A stretch of 31,128 bases of DNA. Source: a bacterium (lineage in GTDB: Bacteria; Patescibacteriota; Minisyncoccia; UBA6257; Brennerbacteraceae). How positions within the stretch are numbered: position 1 is the first letter of the stretch; the number at the start of each line of letters is the position of its first letter. The position numbers were made by a program, and so were the translations under genes. A model generated the notes under the pieces. The model was not told the origin of the DNA. It searched no databases and saw only the letters and a list, made by a program, of their open reading frames with translations. Positions 24,355-31,128 of the stretch are shown here, in pieces. The stretch is from contig DAIDAW010000001.1 of the NCBI GenBank assembly GCA_027310425.1, positions 1-31,128 on the forward strand, read 5' to 3'.

Positions 24355-25872
24355 ATGTCAGTTATTTTTATTTTCGGCGCGCTCGTTGCTGGCGCCGGCA
24401 TCGGATATGCGGCGCGCAAATACCTGGTGCAGCGCGCGATGAAAAATGTCGAAACCGCGATTCAGGAAAAACTTTCCCGAGCGGAAGAACAGACGAAAAA
24501 ACTCATTCTGGAGGCGAAAAACAAAGCGGTTACGATTCTGGAGAACGCGGAAAAAGAAATCAAAGAGGAAAAGTCGCAGCTTCACAAAAACCAGGAGCGC
24601 CTGCTCAACAAAGAAGTCCTTTTGGATGAGCGCTCCAAGCGCCTGGAACAAAAGGAAGAGAAGCTCGTGGATCAGATTGACAAAGTGAAAGCGATCAAGC
24701 AGGAGCTTGAGCAGTATGAAGAAAAGCAAACGACGCTGCTTGAAGAGCGCGCAAAACTTTCGCGCGATGAAGCAAAGCAGTATCTCTTAAATCAGGTCCA
24801 GCAGGCCTACCAACAGGATTTATTCGATTCCTTACGCAAGCTCGAAAAAGACCGCCAAGATGCGTTGGAAAAACGTGCTGCAGAATTGCTTGCAACCGTG
24901 ATTCAGCGCTATGCGCGCTCGCATGTTGCGGAAATCACGACGTCATCCGTGCCGCTGCCCAACGAAGAAATCAAAGGCAGAATCATCGGAAAAGAAGGCA
25001 GGAATATCAGGCACTTTGAACAAGTGACCGGCGTGGAAGTCATTATCGACGAAGTGCCCGATACCATTACGCTTTCGTGTTTCGATCCGGTGCGCCGCGA
25101 AGTCGCGCGTATCGCCCTGGACCATCTCGTGCAGGATGGCAGGATTCAGCCGGCGCGCATCGAGGAATTCGTCGAAGACGCGAAAAAAGAAGTGATGCAA
25201 AAGATAAAGGAAGCGGGTGAAAATGCGGTGTACGAAGCAGGCATTGTTGATTTCCCGCCGGAAATCGTGCATCTGCTTGGCCGTCTTGCGTTCCGTACGA
25301 GTTACGGTCAGAACGTGCTCATGCACTCGATTGAAATCGCGACGCTTTGTTCCATGATTGCGCAGGAGCTTGGCATGGACGTTGAAATCGCCAAAAAAGC
25401 CGGCATGGTGCACGATATCGGCAAGGCGGTTGACCACGAAATCGAAGGAAGCCATCTGGAATTGGGCATTAAGATTCTGCAGAAATATAAAGTGGACGAG
25501 CGGATCGTGCTTGCCATGCGTTCGCATCACGACGATTATCCGGTCGCGATTCCCGAAGCGTATATCGTGAACGCCGCGGACGCGATTTCCGCGGCCAGGC
25601 CTGGCGCGCGCAGGGAATCGCTTGAAAATTACATCAAGCGGCTTACGGATCTTGAAAAAATCGCGCTGGAATTCCGCGGCGTGGAGAAGGCGTATGCCAT
25701 CCAGGCGGGAAGGGAATTGCGCGTGTTCGTGACGCCCCAGCAGACAACCGATTTCGAAGCGGCGCAGCTTGCGCGCGATGTCGCGGTGCGCATCGAGCAG
25801 GAATTGAAATATCCGGGCGAGATCAAGGTGGTTGTGATTCGGGAATCGCGCGCGATCGAATACGCCAGGTAG
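24355..25872 (+). CDS. rny: Ribonuclease Y
   Basis: N-terminal TM and coiled coil, KH domain (KGRIIGKEGRNIR), RTSYGQNVLMHS, HD motif (HDIGKA), ADAISAARPGAR, YAIQAGRELRV, YPGEIKVVVIRE. Confidence 0.97.
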   Translation: MSVIFIFGALVAGAGIGYAARKYLVQRAMKNVETAIQEKLSRAEEQTKKLILEAKNKAVTILENAEKEIKEEKSQLHKNQERLLNKEVLLDERSKRLEQKEEKLVDQIDKVKAIKQELEQYEEKQTTLLEERAKLSRDEAKQYLLNQVQQAYQQDLFDSLRKLEKDRQDALEKRAAELLATVIQRYARSHVAEITTSSVPLPNEEIKGRIIGKEGRNIRHFEQVTGVEVIIDEVPDTITLSCFDPVRREVARIALDHLVQDGRIQPARIEEFVEDAKKEVMQKIKEAGENAVYEAGIVDFPPEIVHLLGRLAFRTSYGQNVLMHSIEIATLCSMIAQELGMDVEIAKKAGMVHDIGKAVDHEIEGSHLELGIKILQKYKVDERIVLAMRSHHDDYPVAIPEAYIVNAADAISAARPGARRESLENYIKRLTDLEKIALEFRGVEKAYAIQAGRELRVFVTPQQTTDFEAAQLARDVAVRIEQELKYPGEIKVVVIRESRAIEYAR

Positions 25873-25972
25873 TCTTTGCAGAAAATCCTTTCCGTATATG
25901 TGTGGATAAATAGCGCCATAGGGGCAAGTTCTTTTCGTATTTTCTCTAAAAAATGCAGAATTTCTTGCGGGA

Positions 25973-26000
25973 TGGACAACTAGCTATTTTGGCGTATAAT
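25973..26000 (+). promoter_or_regulatory. Promoter of hup
   Basis: TGGACA (25973-25978), 16 bp, TATAAT (25995-26000). Confidence 0.65.
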
Positions 26001-26055
26001 TGCCCTTAAAGCAGTCGAATCCCGCTTTGCGGGAATAGTAATGAGGCACACAATC

Positions 26056-26328
26056 ATGAATAAAATAGAATTGGCGAATAAGATCTCGGACAAATTCGAG
26101 CTCTCGAAGAAAGCGGGCGGCCAGATTGTTGATATGGTTTTCGGAGAAATCATGGCGGTCGTGAAAAAAAATTCCGAAGCGTCGATCGCAGGATTCGGTT
26201 CATTCAAACTCGCGATGCGCAAGCCTCGCATGGGCGTGAACCCGAAGACCGGCGAGAAAATTTCCATTCCCGCGACCAAAGTTCCGAAATTCAAGCCCGC
26301 AAAAGCGTTTAAAGATCTCGTGAAATAA
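26056..26328 (+). CDS. hup: HU family DNA-binding protein
   Basis: MNKIEL, IAGFGSF, RKPRMGVNPKTGEKISIPA, PKFKPAKAFKDLV. Confidence 0.96.
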   Translation: MNKIELANKISDKFELSKKAGGQIVDMVFGEIMAVVKKNSEASIAGFGSFKLAMRKPRMGVNPKTGEKISIPATKVPKFKPAKAFKDLVK

Positions 26329-26353
26329 ATTTTGAGTTTAAGGACATTTAAGA

Positions 26354-26392
26354 GCGCAAAACCCCTTGCCGAATCGGCAAGGGGTTTTGCGC
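26354..26392. terminator. Bidirectional terminator between hup and rpsA
   Basis: GCGCAAAACCCCTTGCCG-AAT-CGGCAAGGGGTTTTGCGC. Confidence 0.85.
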
Positions 26393-26429
26393 GTCAGCGC
26401 GCGCGCAGGCGGCGCGCGTCTTCTATGCC

Positions 26430-27482
26430 CTATTTGTGGTATGACAAGAGAAGGCGCTTTTCGTTCTGGTCGATGCTTTCAATCGTAAACAAATACGTTT
26501 CGCCTGTTTTGATCGCTTCCTTGAGCGCGTCGAGATTGTCGCCGAATTTCGCAACCGGGCACAGGCCGTAGATGGAATCTTCGAACATCGCGAATGCGCC
26601 GACCGGATTGATTTTAATGACTTTCGCAGGATACGGTTTTCCGATTTCGTAGCGCTGACTTACCGTGGTCCACGGATCTTCTTTAAGCGCTTTAAGAGAT
26701 AAGAACAGTCTGCCGTTGTTGATGTTCACGATTTTCGCTTTCACGGTTTCGCCTATCCGAACGTATTTTGCCGGATCGTCGATGAGCTTGTAGTCGATTT
26801 CGGAAATATGGATCAGGCCTTCCAGGGGCGGCGTGCCGAATTTGATGAATGCGCCGAAGTTCGCGATGCCGGTTACTTCTCCTTCCACGATGTCGCCGAC
26901 GCTGTACTTGGCAATGACTTTCTGCATTTCCTCTTCCGCTGCTTCGCGCTCTGAGAAAATGAGCTTCTCTTCTTTTTCGCTCATATCCAGAATTCTCACT
27001 TTCAGCTCTTTGCCGACGAATTTGCGCAATTCCTCTATGATTTTCGTTTTGTCGCCGCCCTCAACCCGCGGATAGTGCTCAAGAGATAATTGGGAAACAG
27101 GCATAAATCCTTCAATGCCTTCAAGCTGCAGCAAAAGCCCGCCGTGGTTTGCTCCCAGCACCGTAACGAGCAGAATGTCACGCTTGTCTTTGAGTTCGCG
27201 CAATCGTTTCCACGCCGCTTCGCGGTCCGCCTGGTTCATCGACAGCTCCCAGTATCCGTCTTCGTTCATCATGCCGATGATTTTCACCGTGACGTCGTCG
27301 CTCTGGTTGAGCGATTTGATGCGGCTGATCGCGGAAAAGTATTCCCTGCCGACCACGACGCCGGTGCCGACCGTGTCCAGATCAATGAACACGCGGCGCG
27401 GCTCTTTTTGGATCACCGTTCCGGCAAGCACGTCGCCCACCACGGGCGCCGGTTTCTTTGATGTTTGCGCTGTTTGTTGCAT
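26430..27482 (-). CDS. rpsA: 30S ribosomal protein S1 (short form, 350 aa)
   Basis: Tandem S1 repeats: GFMPVSQLSLEHYPRVEGGDK, NFGAFIKF, EGLIHISE, LSLKAL..DPW. Confidence 0.9.
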   Translation of the reverse strand: MQQTAQTSKKPAPVVGDVLAGTVIQKEPRRVFIDLDTVGTGVVVGREYFSAISRIKSLNQSDDVTVKIIGMMNEDGYWELSMNQADREAAWKRLRELKDKRDILLVTVLGANHGGLLLQLEGIEGFMPVSQLSLEHYPRVEGGDKTKIIEELRKFVGKELKVRILDMSEKEEKLIFSEREAAEEEMQKVIAKYSVGDIVEGEVTGIANFGAFIKFGTPPLEGLIHISEIDYKLIDDPAKYVRIGETVKAKIVNINNGRLFLSLKALKEDPWTTVSQRYEIGKPYPAKVIKINPVGAFAMFEDSIYGLCPVAKFGDNLDALKEAIKTGETYLFTIESIDQNEKRLLLSYHK

Positions 27483-27527
27483 ACAATAAATCTGACGTCC
27501 GCAGCTTGGGCAGACGCAGTGAAGAGC

Positions 27528-27556
27528 AGTATAGGCGAAAAACGCCGAAAAATCAA
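27528..27556 (-). promoter_or_regulatory. Promoter of rpsA
   Basis: Minus strand TTGATT (27556-27551), 17 bp, TATACT (27533-27528). Confidence 0.7.
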
Positions 27557-27648
27557 TGAATCCCGTTAGAAATTATGGGAAGGTATCCGGCCGGAAATTA
27601 CATGAAGGATGTTCGAATTGCCGTTCGGGTTTGCTATAATGCTGATGC

Positions 27649-27719
27649 GCGGGTATCGTATAGTGGCAATACCCCAGTTTTCCAAACTGGCGCCGGGGGT
27701 TCGATTCCCCCTACCCGCT
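27649..27719 (+). tRNA. tRNA-Gly (anticodon TCC), CCA not encoded
   Basis: GCGGGTA/TACCCGC acceptor stem, CCAGT-TTTCCAA-ACTGG anticodon arm, GGTTCGATTCC T-arm; TG-C-TATAAT promoter at 27632-27640. Confidence 0.95.
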
Positions 27720-27780
27720 CACACAAACGGTTTATCTCGAAGCATAAGGAAGGAATTGGGATAAAAATACGGCATTTTCC

Positions 27781-28155
27781 ATTCTTCATCTGCCGCAAGG
27801 CAGCAGCGGGAAAGCGGGCGAAGATATCGCGTGCGACTTTTTGCGTTCCCAGGGATACAAAATTCTTGTGCGCAATTTCCGCACGAAGATCGGAGAACTC
27901 GATATTGTGTGCCGCAAAGGAAACGTGACGGTATTCGTTGAAGTAAAAACAGTGCGCGCGGGAAATGACGCATATTCGCCGGAATTGCATTTCACGCAGA
28001 ACAAGCTCCGAAAAATGCAGCGCGCTGCCCTGCTTTTTTTCAAAATGAACCGTTTGTCTCCGGAGGCGGCGATGCGTTTTGATCTGGTTGCCGTGGAAAT
28101 CGGCACAGAAAAAACAAAGCCGCTCATCCGGCACTACGAAAATCTTGGCGCATAG
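27781..28155 (+). CDS. yraN: YraN (UPF0102) family PD-(D/E)XK nuclease-like protein; start codon uncertain
   Basis: GKAGEDIACDFL, RNFR, GELDIV, FVEVKT, RFDLVA. The conserved N-terminal motif lies upstream of the first TTG (27841), so ATT 27781 is used provisionally. Confidence 0.85.
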   Translation: MLHLPQGSSGKAGEDIACDFLRSQGYKILVRNFRTKIGELDIVCRKGNVTVFVEVKTVRAGNDAYSPELHFTQNKLRKMQRAALLFFKMNRLSPEAAMRFDLVAVEIGTEKTKPLIRHYENLGA

Positions 28156-28161
28156 CCGAAG

Positions 28162-28575
28162 TTATTTCTTCGTATACGTTCCGTCAAACGATACATTGAG
28201 TCCGCCACACACGCTGCCGTTTCGCTCTTGAAGCGTTACCTGGCTATCCGCGAACGCGAAATCGATGCTGCACTCGGCATTTTTATAAACCCCTTTCGAG
28301 GAATCCATCGCGAGAATTCCCGCGATTTCGCCGGTATTTACTTCGCCGGAATTTTTCCCTTGCCAGTATGCTTGCCCCGAAACCCGCATTTCTCCGGAAG
28401 TTGCAGCTTGTACGTTGATGAAGTTGCAGAAAGTTTGCCCGGGGCAGTACTCATAGCGTCCGCTGAAATCAGGCCGCTTCCCGATTTCCGAATACTTCGC
28501 GTACCAGAAGAAAAGTAGAACCAGCGCTGAAGCAAAGAGCGCGAGAGAAGACGCAATAATCATTTTTTTCTTCAT
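28162..28575 (-). CDS. Membrane-anchored hypothetical beta-rich protein with two Cys pairs
   Basis: ATGA overlap with the ROK stop; MKKK then a TM helix; ends C..GGLNVSFDGTYTKK. Confidence 0.75.
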   Translation of the reverse strand: MKKKMIIASSLALFASALVLLFFWYAKYSEIGKRPDFSGRYEYCPGQTFCNFINVQAATSGEMRVSGQAYWQGKNSGEVNTGEIAGILAMDSSKGVYKNAECSIDFAFADSQVTLQERNGSVCGGLNVSFDGTYTKK

Positions 28576-29441
28576 GGGCGTGGTTTCCCTTTTTCCTGCG
28601 CGAGCATCGCTGCGCCGATCGCGCCGATCCATTTATGCGACCTGGTTTTTTTTATTCTCACTTTTGCGCGCGCCACATTCGATAAAACCAGGTGTTTCAT
28701 AGTTGCGCGCGCGGTGGCGATGTACAGCGGCCATGCGTGGCTCATGCCGCCGCCGATGATGATAACCTCGGGTTCGATAAAATTCACGATATTTGCCAAG
28801 GCAATGCCGAGGTTTTCTCCAAATTGCCGCCAGAGTTTTTTGTGCGTCACACTGCCTTGTCGGGCTTTCATTTCTGACGCAAGCGGGTCAAGGCGTTTGC
28901 GCATAAAGAATTTCCGCGCGCAGAAATCTTCGAGTTCGTAGAGATGATTCGGCGTTTTATCGGTGATAAGATGTCCGATTTCGTACGCGGTGCCGAATCC
29001 CCCGCGCATAATGTGTCCGTCGAGGGACCATGCCGCGCCGATGCCCGTGCCCAGCGTAAGCATAAATACGGATGCGAAACGCGTATGGAAAGGAAGCTCG
29101 GCGCGCAAGGCGACTTTCACATCGTTGTCGAGCGCGACCCGCGTTTTATATTTTTGCTCCACGATTTTTTTTACGTCGATGCGCGTTAGGATTTTCACAT
29201 TGCCTGCTCCGACGACGCGGTTGTTCGTGATGACGCCCGGCAAGCCGATGCCGATATTTGATACGCGTGTAGAATATAGCCGATCGATAACGGTATACAG
29301 CGAACCAAGGAATATTTTTTTCGTTAACGTTTTTTGGGGATGAAAAAACTCCGCGCGTTTAAGGATTGCGGTGCCGCGCATGAGCACGCCGCGGATTTTC
29401 GTGCCGCCAGCGTCGATACCGATGGCGAGATGATTTTGCAT
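28572..29441 (-). CDS. ROK family sugar kinase
   Basis: IGIDAGGTKI, GIGLPG, LDND, LTLGTGIG, EIGH, IIIGGG, GAIGAA. Confidence 0.93.
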   Translation of the reverse strand: MQNHLAIGIDAGGTKIRGVLMRGTAILKRAEFFHPQKTLTKKIFLGSLYTVIDRLYSTRVSNIGIGLPGVITNNRVVGAGNVKILTRIDVKKIVEQKYKTRVALDNDVKVALRAELPFHTRFASVFMLTLGTGIGAAWSLDGHIMRGGFGTAYEIGHLITDKTPNHLYELEDFCARKFFMRKRLDPLASEMKARQGSVTHKKLWRQFGENLGIALANIVNFIEPEVIIIGGGMSHAWPLYIATARATMKHLVLSNVARAKVRIKKTRSHKWIGAIGAAMLAQEKGKPRP

Positions 29442-29496
29442 ATTATTCTTCAGTATAACATCAAAAATACTCCATAAAATTATCCACTTTCTATGA

Positions 29497-29524
29497 TTGA
29501 CGTCGACGCATTTCTCGCTAGAAT
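29497..29524 (+). promoter_or_regulatory. Promoter of candidate sRNA-4
   Basis: TTGACG (29497-29502), 16 bp, TAGAAT (29519-29524), pointing towards the thrS 3' end with no ORF in between. Confidence 0.65.
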
Positions 29525-29529
29525 AGAAG

Positions 29530-29660
29530 AAGCAGGAGGATTTATTTTTTTTAGGAATTATCCGGCCGGCATTGTCCGGTGGTCGGGATTCTAGAAGCCA
29601 GTCGCAAGGCTGGCACTATAACCATTCAAGAAAGGTGTCGTACGACACCTTTCTTTTTTT
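29530..29660 (+). ncRNA. Candidate small RNA-4 (~130 nt)
   Basis: Promoter; 5' AGGAGG plus U-run; hairpin ~29560-29589; GCCAGTC-GCAA-GGCTGGC GNRA hairpin (29597-29614); terminator with U-tract on the plus strand. Confidence 0.45.
29628..29660. terminator. Terminator after thrS, also usable on the plus strand
   Basis: Near-continuous palindrome AAGAAAGGTGTCG-TA-CGACACCTTTCTT followed by T5. Confidence 0.85.
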
Positions 29661-31128
29661 ACTTTCGTTCTCTGATTTCTTCTTCGAGCTGTTTTACAAA
29701 TGCGGCGATTTTTTGCATGCCGATATCGCCTTTTGCGCGCTGCCTGACGGCAACTGATTGCGCCTCAACTTCTTTGTCGCCGATCACGGCAATATACGGG
29801 ATTTTCTGCAGTTCCGCGTTGCGGATGCGCTTCCCGATCGTGTCTTCATCCCACAGTTCTGTGCGGATGGAACGCGCTTTGAATTCTGCAAGCGTATTCT
29901 GTGCTGCTTCAAGATGCTTGAGCCCGATGGGCATAACCACGACTTGCACCGGCGAAAGCCACAACGGAAACGCACCGGCATAATGTTCGATCAGGATCAT
30001 GAGGAATCGTTCCGGCGAACCCACAATTGCGCGGTGCAGCATCACGGGATGTTTTTCTTTTCCGTCTTTATCGATGTAGGTCAGATTGAATCGTTCTGGC
30101 ATTACGTAGTCAATTTGCACAGTTGAAAGCTGCCATTCCCTACCCAACGCATCGGTCGCCATCAAATCCATTTTCGGCGCGTAGAATGCCGCTTCGCCTG
30201 GACCATTGAAATAGTCAATTTCATTGCGTTTCATAATCTGTTCTGCCCATTTCTCGACTTTATCCCAGGTTTCGGGATTGCCGAGGTATTTTTCTGGATG
30301 CTGAGGGTCGCGCGTGGACAAGCGGTAGCGATATGTAAAACCGAACGTCGCCATAATTTGCTTGGTCATGGCAAGTGCTTTGTCGATTTCCTCGTCTACC
30401 TGGTCTTCGCGGCAGAAAATATGGCAGTCGTCCTGGGAAAATGAACGCACGCGCGCCAGGCCGGAAAGCTCGCCCGGTTTTTCGTCGCGGTAAAGCATCG
30501 CAAAGTCGGTGTAGCGCAACGGCAGTTCGCGGTAGCTGCGCGGCCTGCTTGCATATATTTGCGTATGCTGCGGGCAGTTCATTGGCTTGAGATAAAATTC
30601 CTCGTCGCTGTAATTGGAAACCACGCGAAACATATCGTCTTTGTATTTGTTGTAATGTCCGGAAATTTTGAACAATTCTGCTTTTGCGACCTGCGGCGTC
30701 CAGACCTGGGTATATTCCTGCTTGCGCTGGGTTTCCTCCACGTATTCGTTCACGAGCCGGCGAATAAGCGCGCCGCGGGGCGTATAAAGCGGGAATCCAG
30801 CGCCAACCAATTCTGAAAATGTGAACAAGTCCAGTTCTTTGCCGAGTTTGCGGTGGTCGCGCTTTCGCGCTTCTTCCTGTTGCTTCAGGTATTCGTCCAA
30901 TTCTTTTGGGGTCGGATACGCGGTCGCGTAGATGCGCTGGAGCATTTTGTTCTTTTCGTCGCCATGCCAGTACGCGCCGGCGACAGACAAAAGTTTGAAT
31001 GCTTTTACTCTGCCGGTTGAAGCAGCGTGCGGTCCAGAACATAAGTCAACGTCTTCATCACCCATTTTGTAGAGAGATACTTTTTCCCCGCGTTGCGCGA
31101 TTTCTTCGATCCATTCCAGTTTGTACGG
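29659..31128 (-). CDS. thrS: Threonyl-tRNA synthetase (5' end outside the window)
   Basis: DLCSGPH, GAYW, RDHRKLG, LKPMNCP, YRDEKPGELSGLARVRSF, EAAFYAPK, QLSTVQID, PLWLSPVQ. Confidence 0.98.
   Translation of the reverse strand, partial: PYKLEWIEEIAQRGEKVSLYKMGDEDVDLCSGPHAASTGRVKAFKLLSVAGAYWHGDEKNKMLQRIYATAYPTPKELDEYLKQQEEARKRDHRKLGKELDLFTFSELVGAGFPLYTPRGALIRRLVNEYVEETQRKQEYTQVWTPQVAKAELFKISGHYNKYKDDMFRVVSNYSDEEFYLKPMNCPQHTQIYASRPRSYRELPLRYTDFAMLYRDEKPGELSGLARVRSFSQDDCHIFCREDQVDEEIDKALAMTKQIMATFGFTYRYRLSTRDPQHPEKYLGNPETWDKVEKWAEQIMKRNEIDYFNGPGEAAFYAPKMDLMATDALGREWQLSTVQIDYVMPERFNLTYIDKDGKEKHPVMLHRAIVGSPERFLMILIEHYAGAFPLWLSPVQVVVMPIGLKHLEAAQNTLAEFKARSIRTELWDEDTIGKRIRNAELQKIPYIAVIGDKEVEAQSVAVRQRAKGDIGMQKIAAFVKQLEEEIRERK

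Noticed and set aside
24111-24419. 102-aa minus-strand ORF over the rny leader
   Set aside because: No motif, overlaps the rny start and promoter; probably a shadow ORF.
25901-25909. Perfect DnaA box TGTGGATAA (another, TTTTCCACA, at 6069-6077)
   Set aside because: Isolated single boxes, not enough to call an origin or a regulatory site.
27649-28632. tRNA-Gly as an integration site for an island
   Set aside because: No integrase and no duplicated tRNA 3' end seen in the window.
1-31128. Mobile elements, DGR, retron or intron explaining the structured RNAs
   Set aside because: No transposase, TnpB/IscB, reverse transcriptase or homing endonuclease ORF, and no group II domain V motif, in the window; a trans-acting partner elsewhere cannot be excluded.

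Overview
A 31-kb core-genome window from what looks like a Patescibacteria (CPR, Parcubacteria-like) chromosome. The taxonomic call is an inference from the short S1, the VirB2/TrbC-like pilins, the lone solute-binding protein and the near-absence of Shine-Dalgarno sites. Housekeeping genes: rsmA, pcrA, comM, a dksA-like gene, nusA-rpsO-NYN-pnp, rny, hup, rpsA, tRNA-Gly, yraN, a ROK kinase and a truncated thrS. Surface/envelope genes: large secreted proteins, two pilin-like genes, a LysM/M23 peptidase, an amidase and a Zn-phospholipase C/nuclease-lamin-tail protein. No CRISPR array, transposase, integrase or reverse transcriptase is visible. The most unusual region is the ~1-kb gap at 15533-16525, which has no credible ORF. 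It appears to hold three separately promoted, terminator-bounded, highly structured RNAs (~120, ~390 and ~350 nt) that I cannot match to tmRNA, RNase P, SRP, tRNA or introns. Also notable: a mirror-symmetric parS cluster (23272-23580), a ~230-nt structured leader before rny (6S-like candidate), a small RNA candidate between the ROK gene and thrS, a possible attenuator in the nusA leader, and a recurring leaderless-promoter pattern. All RNA structures were folded by eye and protein calls are from remembered motifs; no searches were run.
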